From Octopus vulgaris (Eukaryota), in the NCBI GenBank assembly GCA_951406725.2, contig OX597815.1, positions 40,486,001 to 40,550,000 on the forward strand: 64,000 nucleotides of DNA, given 5' to 3'. The notes below the pieces were generated by a model. It did not search any database, was not told the origin of the DNA, and saw only the letters and a program-made list of their open reading frames with translations. Below, one piece after another: positions 1 through 11,085 of the stretch. How positions within the stretch are numbered: the stretch's first letter is position 1; each line of letters opens with the position of its first letter. The position numbers and the translations under genes are program-made.

Positions 1-47
1 TCAGCTTTATGTATTTGTATTCACGCACGCACGCACTATCCTTCATA

Positions 48-472
48 GGCGATCTTTCGTCTCTAGTAGACCTTTCCGTCGATTTCCGTAAAAAAAAATT
101 TTTTTTTACATATGGGCTTGCGGGAACTTTTGAAGTAATATACATACATATACACATACACCGAGTAAAAATTTCAGTTATCTCTCTCTTTCACACATTA
201 CTCTGTCTCTTCACACACACTAACAGAAGCACTTCACTTACACAACATACTGTCTGTCTCCCACACCCCATCAAACACACACACACACACACACATGTAC
301 ATCAAAGCTTCCCATGCACGGTAATTTCAAAAGAACTTCCCTCGTCATACAATCGCTTTCTCTTAGTCTCTTTCGCTCTCATTACTTCAAAAGTTCCCGC
401 AAGCCCATATGTAAAAAAAAAAAAATTTTTACGGAAATCGACGGAAAGGTCTACTAGAGACGAAAGATTGCC
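48..472. mobile_element. Non-autonomous Mutator(MULE)-like MITE
   Basis: ~92-bp TIRs (48-139 / 381-472, GGC...GCC) and 9-bp TSD TCCTTCATA at 39-47 and 473-481. Confidence 0.8.
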
Positions 473-979
473 TCCTTCATATACACGTACATACATAAAT
501 ACACGCATACACCCATTATCTTTCATATAAACGTACGAACATAAATACACATACACGTACACCCATTATCTTTTATAGATATGTACATACATAAATACAC
601 ACACATATACACACATTATTTTTCATATGCACGTACACACGCAAATACTCACACACGCATACACCCATCATCTTCCAAAGACACATACATACACACGCAT
701 GTCTCTTTCGCTTTCCACCGACTTCAAAGCGAAAGTCGCCTTCGACGGGTCATGAAATCAAAAGTAAATAAATAAATCAATTTCACGGAAACTAAGGAAC
801 AAACATTGACAGATCTGAGACCAATAACGAATGATTGCCAAGTTTTTTAGGTTGTATTTTCTATCGAACATTCTGGGTATGTGCTCTTACTGCTAATTCC
901 TCAAAATAAATGATTGCTTCTTTTAATGCTATTTCATTTTGAAAACTCTAATCATTACATATTATCCTACGGTATTATT

Positions 980-1188
980 TGATTCTTTCACCCGCACGAT
1001 TTTCACTGAGAAAAAGAACCAAAAAACACGTGGAATCAAGTACCCTGACCTCATAATATGCTGCAAGCCCCTTATTTTCCCTTTGCAATTTTTGGCACCG
1101 AAATGAGTTTCATTTTTGTGTGGAGAGAGAGAGTGAGTGAGTGGGTGACGAAGTTTACCTAAACATTGAACGGGTAACAATGTATCAT
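980..1188 (-). repeat. Internally deleted copy of the unclassified interspersed repeat at 3104-4070, in opposite orientation
   Basis: Reverse complement matches 3104-3240 joined directly to 3717-3822. Confidence 0.7.
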
Positions 1189-1206
1189 ATATATATATCG
1201 TTATAC

Positions 1207-1802
1207 ATCATCGTTTAACATCTGCTTTCCGTGCTGGCATGGGTTGGACGGTTTGACTGAGGACTGGCAAACCAGGTGGCTGCAATGAGGCTCCAGTCTA
1301 CTCTGGCAAGGTTTCTACATCATCATCATCATCATCATTGTTCGACCGTGGTCGAGACAATGGAATTTACCATGCTACGCCAGACTTCACGGTCCATCAT
1401 GGTTTCTACAGCTGGATGCCCTTCCTAACGTCAACCACTCCGAGAGTGTAGTGGGTGCTTTTCAAGTGTGACTGGCACGGAGGCCAGTCAGATGGCACTA
1501 GCATTGATCACGCTCGAACGGTACTTTTAACGTGCCGCCGGCACTGACATCGGCCGCACTAGTGCTGGCGGCATGTTAAAAGTACCGTTCGAGCGTGATC
1601 GACGCTAGTGCCATCTGACTCGCCCCCGTGCCAGTCACACATGAAAAGCACCCACTACACTCTCGGAGTGTTTGGCATTAGGAAGGGCATCTAGCTGTAG
1701 AAACCTTGCCAGAACAGACTGGAGCCTCATTGCAGCCACCTGGCTTGCCAGTCCTCAGTCAAACCGTCCAACCCATACCAGCATGGAAAGAAGGCGTTAA
1801 AC
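1207..1802. mobile_element. Head-to-head (fold-back) pair of RTE-LINE 3'-end copies
   Basis: Arms ~1210-1547 and ~1561-1802 are reverse complements; same family as the LINE 3' UTR at 9330-9645. Confidence 0.75.
1320..1400 (-). mobile_element. 81-bp extreme 3' fragment of a second RTE-type LINE
   Basis: Encodes MMDREVWRSMVNSIVSTTVEQ* plus (TGA)n tail; 10-bp TSD GGTTTCTACA at 1310-1319 and 1401-1410. Confidence 0.75.
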
Positions 1803-2745
1803 AGGAGCTGCAGTTGCTAATGGACCGCTTCTCCCAGGCCTGCAAGGACTTTGGGCTGACCATCAGCCTGAAGAAGGCAAACGTCTTGGTGCAAGGCACA
1901 CCAGCACAACCAGCCGTCACCATCGATGACTACGAACTTGAAGTTGTTCATCAATTCACCTACCTTGGGTCTACCATCACTGACAACCTCTCTCTTGATG
2001 CTGAGATTGACAAGAGAATTTGGAAGGCAGCCACTACACTTGTGCGCCTCACATCAAGAGTGTAGACAAACCCAAAGTTGACAATGAAAACAAAGATGGC
2101 TGTGTACAATGCCTGTGTCCTCAGCGCCCTGTTGTATGGCAGCAAGACATGGACCACATATGCCTGTCAGGAAGAAAAGCTGAACAGCTTCCATCTCAGA
2201 AGCCTACGATGCATACTCGGCCACACCGACGTCCTGACTCGTGCTGGCCTCCCTTCCATGTACACGTTGCTGAGACAACGTCGACTACACTGGCTAGGCC
2301 ATGTTCGCCGAATGGAAGTCGGCTGAATCCCAAGACATTCTCTATGGAGCACTCGCAGCAGGACAGAGGAGCAAAGGCTGCCCGCAGCTGAGGTACAAGG
2401 ACGTGTACAGGAGGGACATGAAGGCGCTCAACATCGACATCAACTCCTGGGAGAACCTGGCAGTGGACCGCACCAGGTGGAATAGCACACTTCTCAAACA
2501 GCTACGGTTCGGTGAAGAGATGCTGTCAGCTGCTGCTGCAGAAAAGCGAGCCCAACGTATGGGATCGACAGCCGACAGACCAGAATCCACACACGGATGC
2601 GAACTATGCGACCGAGACTGTCATTCTCGCATTGGTTTCCATAGCCACAGGAGGCGCTGCTCAAGCCGAACGGCCCAACCTAGACAATAAATGGATGGAC
2701 GTGATACCCATGGTCAGCCATGACCTAAGGTGGCCTAAGAATAAT
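1803..2745 (+). mobile_element. 5'-truncated, disrupted RTE (BovB-like) LINE
   Basis: FGLTISLKK, FTYLGS, LLYGSKTW, RRLHWLGHVRRM, C-terminal C2H2 finger CELCDRDCHSRIGFHSHRRRC; stops and frameshifts. Confidence 0.9.
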
Positions 2746-2754
2746 GATATATAT

Positions 2755-3062
2755 TTACTCTTTTACTTGTTTCAGTCATTTGATTGCGGCTTTGTAAGCC
2801 TATCGGTCTCTTTTCCCGAACTGCTAAGTTACAGATACGTAAACACACCAGCATCAGTTGTCAAGCGATGTTGGGGGACAAACACAGACACACAAACATA
2901 TACATATATACAACGGGCTTCTTTCAGTTTCTGTCTACTAAATCCACTCACAAAGCTTTGGTCAGCCCGAGGCTATAGTAGAAAACACTTGCCCAAGGTA
3001 CCACGCAGTGGGACTGAACCCGGAAACATGTGGTTGGTAAGCAAGCTACTTAACACACAGAC
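2755..3062 (-). mobile_element. tRNA-derived SINE (family A)
   Basis: Reverse complement of the full copy at 45338-45738. Confidence 0.8.
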
Positions 3063-3103
3063 TGCGTGGTATAATGATTATATATATATAATCATTATAT
3101 AAT

Positions 3104-4070
3104 CATTATACATTGTTACCCATTCAATGTTTAGGTAAACTTCGTCACCCACTCACTCGCTCTTCCCCACTCTCTCTCTCTCTCTTCCCACACACAAAAA
3201 TGGAACTCCTTTCGGTGCCAAAAATTGCAAAGGGAAAATCTATTCGGGATTATTATCCAGTGATTTTAAGAGGCAGGAAAAAGATATTTTGTTAATATAT
3301 TTTTACTTCGTTTCACACATACATGCAAACGTTTTTTTTTTTTTTACATGAATTTATCGTTTGTTATCTCTCCACACACTTTGTTACCACTAACTTCTAT
3401 AACCTCTGCATTTTCATTTATTCATTTCAAACTTCTTTGAATTTTCAATCTAATGTAATCCTCACTCTCTTGAAAACATATTTCTGCAAAATGTTATCTA
3501 AAATTATGGGTAAAGAAAGAAATAGCCAAAAATTTTTGAAAATGAGGATGGGGGTGAAATTTCCATGGGTTGTACCCCACCCCAGCCTGTTTTCCGGACC
3601 CCAAAAAGGGTTTTGTAGCATATTAGGTCACCAGAATTCAGTCAATGTAAAAAAAAAAATTCCAACGATTTCATGTTTCCCCTCCACCACCACCATCACC
3701 ACCTTTTTTCCGAACAAAAATAAGGGGTTTGCAGCATATTATGAGATTAGGGTTCTTGATTCCTTGCAAAAAATCCAAGGTTTTTTTTTCCTAGTGAAAA
3801 TCGTGCAGGTGAAAAAAGATCAATAGAAGTGGGGGGTGAAATTTCCAAGGCTTCCACCTGACCCAACCCCGTTTTTCCAGATCCATAAAAGGGTTTTGTA
3901 GCATATTAGGAGGTCACTGGAATTCATTCAACAAAAATTTTTTAATATTTCCAATGATTCCAAGATATGGGGGCGAGGCCAGCATACCAGGAGGTTAGGG
4001 TACTTGATTCCTCACAAAAAATCCGAGTTTTTTTTTTTTTAGTGAAAATCATGCAGGATCAAAATTTACC
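3104..4070 (+). repeat. Unclassified interspersed repeat with internal duplication (3549-3810 vs 3831-4056)
   Basis: Repeated GGGGGTGAAATTTCCA...GGGTTTTGTAGCATATTAGG...GTGAAAATC blocks; inverted partial copy at 980-1188. Confidence 0.55.
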
Positions 4071-4385
4071 TGTGCTACTATAAATTTTAAATGTGAGGGT
4101 TTATATCCAAAGAATTTTTTTTCTTCTGAGAGCATAGTGACTTTGGAGATTGAAATAGAAGGATTTGTCCAACATTAACCAATATCTATATCAATATGGT
4201 ATTTCCTCCTTATCTGATTTCCTTTCCACTAACCTTATGTCCAATTTAATTAAGTTTAAAGGTGCAGGCATGGCTGAGCAATTAAGAAACACACTTTGCA
4301 ACCACATGGTTTTCGATTCAGTCTTCAATTATAGAATTATAGCCCACAGCTGACCAAGGCCTTGTGAATGGATTTGGTAGATGGT

Positions 4386-4443
<58 letters not shown>

Positions 4444-4664
4444 GTGTGTGCGTGCGTGTGTACGTGCATGAGTGCATGTGTTCGCATGTCTTTGTGTTCA
4501 AGTTTGTCACCCACCTCACTGCTTGACAACCGGTGTTACTTTGTTTATGTCACCGTAACTTAGCAGTTCTGCAAAAGTAATAAGTACAATACTTTAAAAA
4601 ACAAACCTAAGTTCTGGACATTATTTACATTCGATGGATATTTGTCCTCATCTTGTTTGTTGTT

Positions 4665-4710
4665 AACACAACGTTTCAGCTGATATACCCTCCAGCCTTC
4701 ATCAGGTGTC
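4665..4710 (-). ncRNA. Minimal type I hammerhead ribozyme motif (Penelope-type)
   Basis: GACAC-CUGAUGA-A-GGCUG(GAGGGUAUAU)CAGCU-GAAA-CG-UU-GUGUU: core, stem I, stem II and palindromic mini stem III (ACGU). Confidence 0.7.
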
Positions 4711-4945
4711 TTGGGGAAATTTTGAACCTGGGTTCTCATTCCCTTGGTATTTTTCAATGTTGTTGTTATTATTATTATTATTATTATTACTCAGGTCACT
4801 GCCTGGAATCGAACTCGGGATCTGGGGTTAGTAGCCCATGCTCTTAACCACTATGCCATATGCCTGTCGGCATATGGTGTAGTTGCTCAAAGCATGGGCT
4901 ACTAACCCCAAGGTTCCGAGTTCGATTCCAAGCAGTGACCTGAAC

Positions 4946-4976
<31 letters not shown>

Positions 4977-5024
4977 TCGAAAAATACCTTAGGAATGAGA
5001 ACCCAGGTTCAAAATTTCCCCCAA

Positions 5025-5070
5025 GACACCTGATGAAGGCTGGAGGGTATATCAGCTGAAACATTGTGTT
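5025..5070 (+). ncRNA. Minimal hammerhead ribozyme motif, stem III mutated (CG>CA)
   Basis: GACAC-CUGAUGA-A-GGCUG...CAGCU-GAAA-CA-UU-GUGUU. Confidence 0.55.
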
Positions 5071-5253
5071 AACAACAAACAAGATGAGGACAAATATCCG
5101 TCAAATGTAAATAATGTGCATAATTCCTCATCTCTTAAGTATAGAACTGTATTATGTAAGTTCTGGAGTTGACTTGTTTGACTAAAACCCTTCAAGGCAA
5201 TGTCCCAGCATAGCTGTGGTCCAGTAACTGAAACAAATGAAAGATAAATGATG

Positions 5254-6050
5254 TACGAAGGTGTGCTGAAAAGTTCATAACTGGTCTTTGAAGGAGTAAT
5301 GCTAGAGCTGTGAAATCTTGTATGCATGAATTTCAACCCTTCTTATTGAATAACTGCATTGTTTCTTTCCAGATAAACTGACATCAGACTGTTCAAAGAA
5401 GACTTCAAAAGTAACTAGTCACGATTTCTCTTAAAAATAGATAAAATTTGACTTTGTGGTGCTATCAAGTACCTGCAGAAAAGGGTTTAGCCACCCCCTA
5501 GTGATATTCATGTTGACATACTTGCTACATTAGATGACACTTCAGCTATATCAACAGTGAAAAAGTAGGCAACTGAACATAGAAGGGAAAGGGAGAGTCT
5601 TGAAGATGACCTAAGGTCTGGACATTCTGCAACCACTAAGGAAAACATTGATCATGTTCACCACATGGTGATGAATGGCACCAAATAACCAATGCTATTA
5701 ACATATCCCATGAAAGAATTGAGAATATTCTGCACAATGAGCTTGACTTGACGAAGATTTCTGCTTGATGGGTACCACAAGTGACACCTCATCAAAAGTG
5801 TACCAGGCTGATCATATGAGAAAATCTGATATTGTTTCAGGCAGATCCAGCTGGTTTCCTTGAACACTTCCCAAGCCAGGATGAGTGTTGGCTTCGTCAC
5901 TTTGAACTAGATGCAAAGAGACAATCTATGCAGTGGAAACACTCCTCCTCACCTTATCTAAAGAAGGCTAAGATCATTTTACCTGTAGGGAAGATGATGG
6001 CCTCAGTTTTTCTGACTGTTAAACATGTCCCAAATTTTTCTGACTGTTAA
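5254..6050 (+). mobile_element. Degenerate mariner transposon (left end plus transposase remnant)
   Basis: TACGAAGGTGTGCTGAAAAGTTC terminus; peptides SLEDDLRSG, LHNELDLTKISA*WVP, DECWLRHFELDAKRQSMQWKH, GKMMASVF. Confidence 0.85.
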
Positions 6051-7627
6051 TCATGTCCCAAATATTCAAGGGATGACATCACTACAGATCTGTCCAGTCA
6101 GATGCGGTCTGAAGCATCAAAAGAAACCAGATCTGAACAGAAAAGAGAAAGCTTGACAGGTAGGTAGTCTGAATGTCTGGAGCTTAGCTGTGTGAGCAAC
6201 TAATTCTTGCATTTGGCAGAGTCTCTACTGTTAAGACTGTGAAAATGCAGTGTAAAAAGAACCATTTACCCTAACGTACTAACCACTGTCACATGCATAT
6301 TGCTGCTTCTCTTTTGACACACATTCTACTATGAACTGGAACCCTCTGATGTTACTTTGTTTTCTTTTCATGGAACTGTTGCATTCCAAACAAGCTTTTA
6401 ACAGTTAGCAGATGATGAATTGAAAATAGATGACTACTCCTCCATCCAAGTGAAAATAAGTTGCTCAAATTTACTCACACTTTTTTTTTTTTTTAAAGTT
6501 AGATTATGAGAAACCTTATTTATAATACAGAGTTCAAGTTAAAATTTTGTCCCACAAATATATTTTATTTCTTCACAGAAATGCCAAAGAGAAATTAAAA
6601 TGAAGGTGAAACCCTTAGAGAGAAACCTTTGTAACTTGAACCCCCAAGATACAATTAAGGCAGATGAAAATGCTACAACAAAAGAGGAGACGTCCCAGTA
6701 GACCAATTGTTGATAAGACTGAAAGACTACGAGCTTGAATGTAAAAAGAAAATGATTCATGAGGGCAAAAATGTCCACATGACTGAAATGATATATATAT
6801 ATATATATATACTCACACATGTATATATAAAAAGAGGAAATCTTTTTTTTTTAATTAAATTAATCAAAATGCTCAGTATCCAGTTTGATTATTATCTATC
6901 TACATATTTGTGTGTGTGTGTCTGTGTGTGTGTGTGTATATATATATATAGACTGGAATTATCTCTACAGATTTTCTATTGAATTTAGAGCCAGCACTGA
7001 AAGTTACAACATTTTGTATACAAATACGTCTATGTAAACAATGTAATTGGAGATAGAAAACCATATATATATGTGCATATTTTAGGAGTTATTGCTCTTT
7101 CTTCAGTACCACAAACAACCCATTAACCATCTATGAACACATTGCTTAAATAACCACTAGGTTTATCAGTGTAATACTATTGGATAGACCAATTTATGTA
7201 TTAAGCACATTCCTGGCAACTGGTACATAGATTGCTGGCAGGGACACTGTATTTCATTTTGCATCCATAATATACTACTAAATATATTAAAGGTTAATAA
7301 ATCGATACTGTGTCCTATTTTTTGTGCTAGCAGTGCAATTCAATCACTTTTAAGTTATCTCTACAGAGTTTATATGGAATTTAGAGCCAGCACTGAATCA
7401 GTTGGATATGGCAATATCTCACCTCTCTGTTAGGAGGCACAAGCACTTACACACTCGATGGGAACTTCCGCCTACCAAATTCAACTACAAAGTTTCAGTT
7501 GACCTGAGGCTGTAGTAGAAGACGTTTACCCGAGGTGCCATTCTTTCTTTGCTCAGCTTTAGCTGTCATTATAGCTGTTAATGAATGATGATGATTAAAA
7601 GAAAATATAATAGGATAGCAAATAAAT

Positions 7628-8458
7628 GGATCTTTACTCTTTGAATGGCAGATCGAGAAATTAATTTTTTGTAACTAAACACTTTCAAACTTCGAACACT
7701 GGTAGAAAAATGTCATATAAAACTTCTTTTACTCTTAGTGTTGTTGAGAAAATTTTCTATTTTCAAAGTTATTTCGTGTTAAAGTTGTCTTATTTCAGTA
7801 ATTTCAACCAATCAATGACATGTATTCAGCTGAATAAAATTACTGCCGTTGTTTGTCAGCAACAACTTCCGGCGATGTATATTTCGTTTGTCACTGTTAT
7901 TTATGACATATTTCATCTCAGTTACATTTGTATGAATAAACAAGTGTATCTGAAGCACGTTTACTTCACGACACCACCATAATTGTTCGTGCATTTCTAC
8001 TGCTTTTAGGTTTTTTTCCTGTTTTTCAGTGACTATTTTCGGAAAGACTTTTTTGCCCCCCCCTCCCCCTCCAGTTTCTTCGTTTTTCATTTTTTCCGTA
8101 ACTCTAACCCTAACACTAACTGTAACCCTAAAACCTTAACCCTAACTCTAAAACCTTAAAGCTAAAACCAGTACAAACGCATGAACGATGTCATAAATAA
8201 CAGTGACAAACAAAATATACACCGCTGATAGTTGTTGCTGACAAACAATGGCAGTAATTTTATTCAGCTGAATACACATCATTGATTGGTTGAAATTACC
8301 GAAATGCGACAACTTTAACATGGAATAACTTTGAAAATAGAAACTTTTCTCAACAACATTAGATGTTTTATATGACACATTCTATCAGTGTCCGAAGTTT
8401 GAAAGTGTTTAGTTACAAAATTTAATTTCTCGATCTGCCGTTCAAAGAGTAAAGATCC
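7628..8458. mobile_element. Long-TIR non-autonomous DNA transposon (Merlin- or MULE-like)
   Basis: ~280-bp TIRs (7628-7908 / 8188-8458, GGATC...GATCC); 8-bp TSD AAATAAAT at 7620-7627 and 8459-8466. Confidence 0.85.
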
Positions 8459-8862
8459 AAATAAATTAATGCTAAAACATATACATGCATAATAAAACCC
8501 ATCTGAATTAAGTGTCAAAATGAGAGCAATTAGAAAGAAAGTTCTTATTACTGGAAAGTGTATGAAATGTTGATGACATTTTTTCAGCATTATCGCCATA
8601 GCTGCAACACATTGTTTTTCTTAACAGAACAAGATACAATTTTTCCATACACAAATAGATCAGTTGGAAAGAATAGAACTATTTTACTCAATACCAAAGC
8701 AATAACCTGGAAAATCCATTTGTGAGTATATTATTTTACTCAATGAACAACATTGAAATTTATCGATTGTCATTGCTATTTGAACTTGGTGGAAGCCGTA
8801 ACTATTGTGTAAAGGTGAATGGAAGGATGGAGTCAAAAGGTCTCAGCTCAATTCTTGGCACA

Positions 8863-9645
8863 ATGTCTTCCTGGGTCTCCCTATACCCTGGACTCCTTCA
8901 ACTGTTTGGGAGTGGCACTTCTTCACACAGCTCTCCTCATCCATCTGTAGTACATTGATATGGTCATGTCCTACGGATGGATGAGGAGAGCTGTGTGAAG
9001 AAGTGCCACTCCCAAACAGTTGAAGGAATCCAGGGTAGAGGGAGACCCAGAAAGACATGGGGGGATGAGGTGGTGAAGCATGACCTTCAAACGTTGGGCC
9101 TCACAGAGGTAATGACAAAAGACAGACCTCTGGAGATATGCTGTAACTGAGAAGACCCAACAAATAAATTGAGTTCACAGGCATAACCTACACCAGTGTC
9201 ACATAACCAGCCCACTCAAAAGTACCTGGGATCGTAAGGTGATATGCTGTACTTGAGGAGACCTATTGAGTCAAGTACATCAAAATCAAAATCAAATGGA
9301 AATTGTAGTTGTGATCCCCATGCCGGTAGCACGTATAAAGTACCATCCAAACGTGGTCGATGCCAGCACTGCCTTGACTGGCTTCTGTGCTGGTGGCACG
9401 TAAAAAGCACCAACTGATCATGCTCGTTGCCAGCCTCCTCTGGCCCCTGTGCCAGTGACATGTAAAAAGCACCCACTACATTCTCGGAGTGGTTGGCATT
9501 TGGAAGGGCATCCATCTGTATAAACACTGCCAGATTAGACTGGAGCCTGGTGCAGCCTCCTGGCTTCCCAGACCCCAGTCGAACCGTCCAACCCATACCA
9601 GCATGGAAAACGGACGTTAAACGATGATGATAATGATGATGATGA
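8863..9645 (+). mobile_element. RTE LINE 3' fragment (ORF end, 3' UTR, (TGA)n tail) with 5' fold-back
   Basis: YGHVLRMDEESCVKKCHSQTVEGIQGRGRPRKTW; ends CGTTAAACGATGATGA...; 8863-8955 is an inverted copy of 8966-9058. Confidence 0.85.
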
Positions 9646-9930
9646 ATGACATTTTCTGTAACAATTAGTTTTCAATAATGACTTCAATATTTGTTCAGAT
9701 TTTTGTTTTATTGCAATTATTTCAATTTGTTTATCCATTGCAATGCCTCCATATTGATCAGACATCTGCATGTGTATGCACAGGCTTGGTCAAGATATTT
9801 TAGGAAGACAAGCATTTGCCCATGTACGCAAGTGACTCTTTTCCATGCCACTGATGTTTATCCAAAGGAAAGGCCACTAATTTTAGCCAGTACAATTTGG
9901 TACCAGTGTTATCATAGGCATTGCTGTCAG

Positions 9931-10102
9931 AACACACACACACATATACGACGGGCTTCTTTCAGTTTCCGTCTACCAAATCCACTCACAAGGCTTTGGT
10001 CAGCCCGAGGCTATAGCAGAAGACACTTGCCCAAGGTGCCACGCAGTGGGACTGAACCTGGAACCATGTGGTTGAGAAGCAAGCTACTTACCACACAGCC
10101 AC
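9931..10102 (-). mobile_element. SINE family A, 5' half
   Basis: Matches the reverse complement of 45345-45520. Confidence 0.8.
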
Positions 10103-10781
10103 TATCCATTCATCATTACCATTAAAATATTGCAGTTGATGATCTGCTTTATAGAGGGATACTGAAATGAACATATCTAATTTTGAGACAGAAAATGTCA
10201 AAATTAAATTTATCAGAATGGTCAGACCAGTAACTGATTTATATTGTCTTTCTTTCTTATTCTCTCTCATTGAATAGTCATGTGATCAGGTCGCATGAAG
10301 ACATGGAGGCTCCCTTTTTGTTTAGTTTAGGAGGGTAAAATAAGGGGTTTCAGCATTAGTAAAGAAAAACTAATTTGATGATAACTAAGATTTTATCTTT
10401 TTCACCACACAAATATTGAAAGTACTTCAAGAACAAAAAAACTATGATAAAGAAAAAAAGATAAAGAGAAAATTTTTTAAATGACAAAAAAATGAAAAAC
10501 ATCTATTAATACTCTTGTAATTATACTTAAAATTATTTCCTTAGTAAAAAAAAAAAAAAAGAATTCTCTCAGTGAATATTTGAATAGAAAAGACTGATAT
10601 TCTGTCAAGTCCTGGGAAGAAGAAGAAGAAGAAGAAGGAAGAGGAGGATGATGATGATGATTTGAAAGGCAGTGAACACGTACTCTAAAAGATGAAATTT
10701 GTACAGGTAAATACAAAGTGGATATTCTATTTCTATGTTGTGCAATTTCAGTCACTAAATAAAGTTATATATATTATAAGT

Positions 10782-11085
10782 GTAGGCACAATGGCCCAGT
10801 GGTTAGGGCAGTGGACTCGTGGTCGTAGGATCACGGTTTCGATTCCCAGACCGGGCGTTGTGAGTGTTTATTGAGCGAAAACACCTAAAGCTCCACGAGG
10901 CTCCAGCAGAGGGTGTTGGCGATCTCTGCTGTACTCTTTTGCCACAACTTTTTCTCACTCTTTCTTCTGTTGGCCTGCTCGCTTAGCCAGCGGGGTGGCG
11001 TCATTTGAAGGCTAAAAACCAATGCGAAGCGCATTGTGACCAGCGATGTGTAGCAGCATCTGATAGCCTGGTCGGTCACAGTGAT
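10782..11085 (+). mobile_element. tRNA-derived SINE (family B)
   Basis: A box TGGCCCAGTGG, B-box-like TTTCGATTCC, GC-rich body, flanked by repeated ATATTATAA. Confidence 0.75.

Larger units (their letters stand above)
4619..5156. mobile_element. Fold-back element with tRNA-like heads and hammerhead motifs (copy 1)
   Basis: Inverted arms centred at ~4866; A box TGGCATAGTGG and B box GTTCGATTCC; 11-bp TSD TAAGTTCTGGA at 4608-4618 and 5157-5167. Confidence 0.85.
4260..5248 (+). mobile_element. SINE family A copy split by insertion of the fold-back element
   Basis: Head, body and (TG)n at 4260-4618; tail resumes at 5157-5248. Confidence 0.7.

Noticed and set aside
9-775. ORFs of 173, 86 and 64 aa, and similar H/T/Y/I/C/V-rich ORFs elsewhere (e.g. 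16379-16919)
   Set aside because: Translations of MITE TIRs and (CA)n/(TA)n microsatellites.
4793-4940. Two tRNA-like sequences (apparent ACT anticodon)
   Set aside because: No proper acceptor stem, and they are embedded in a repeated element; these are SINE heads, not tRNA genes.
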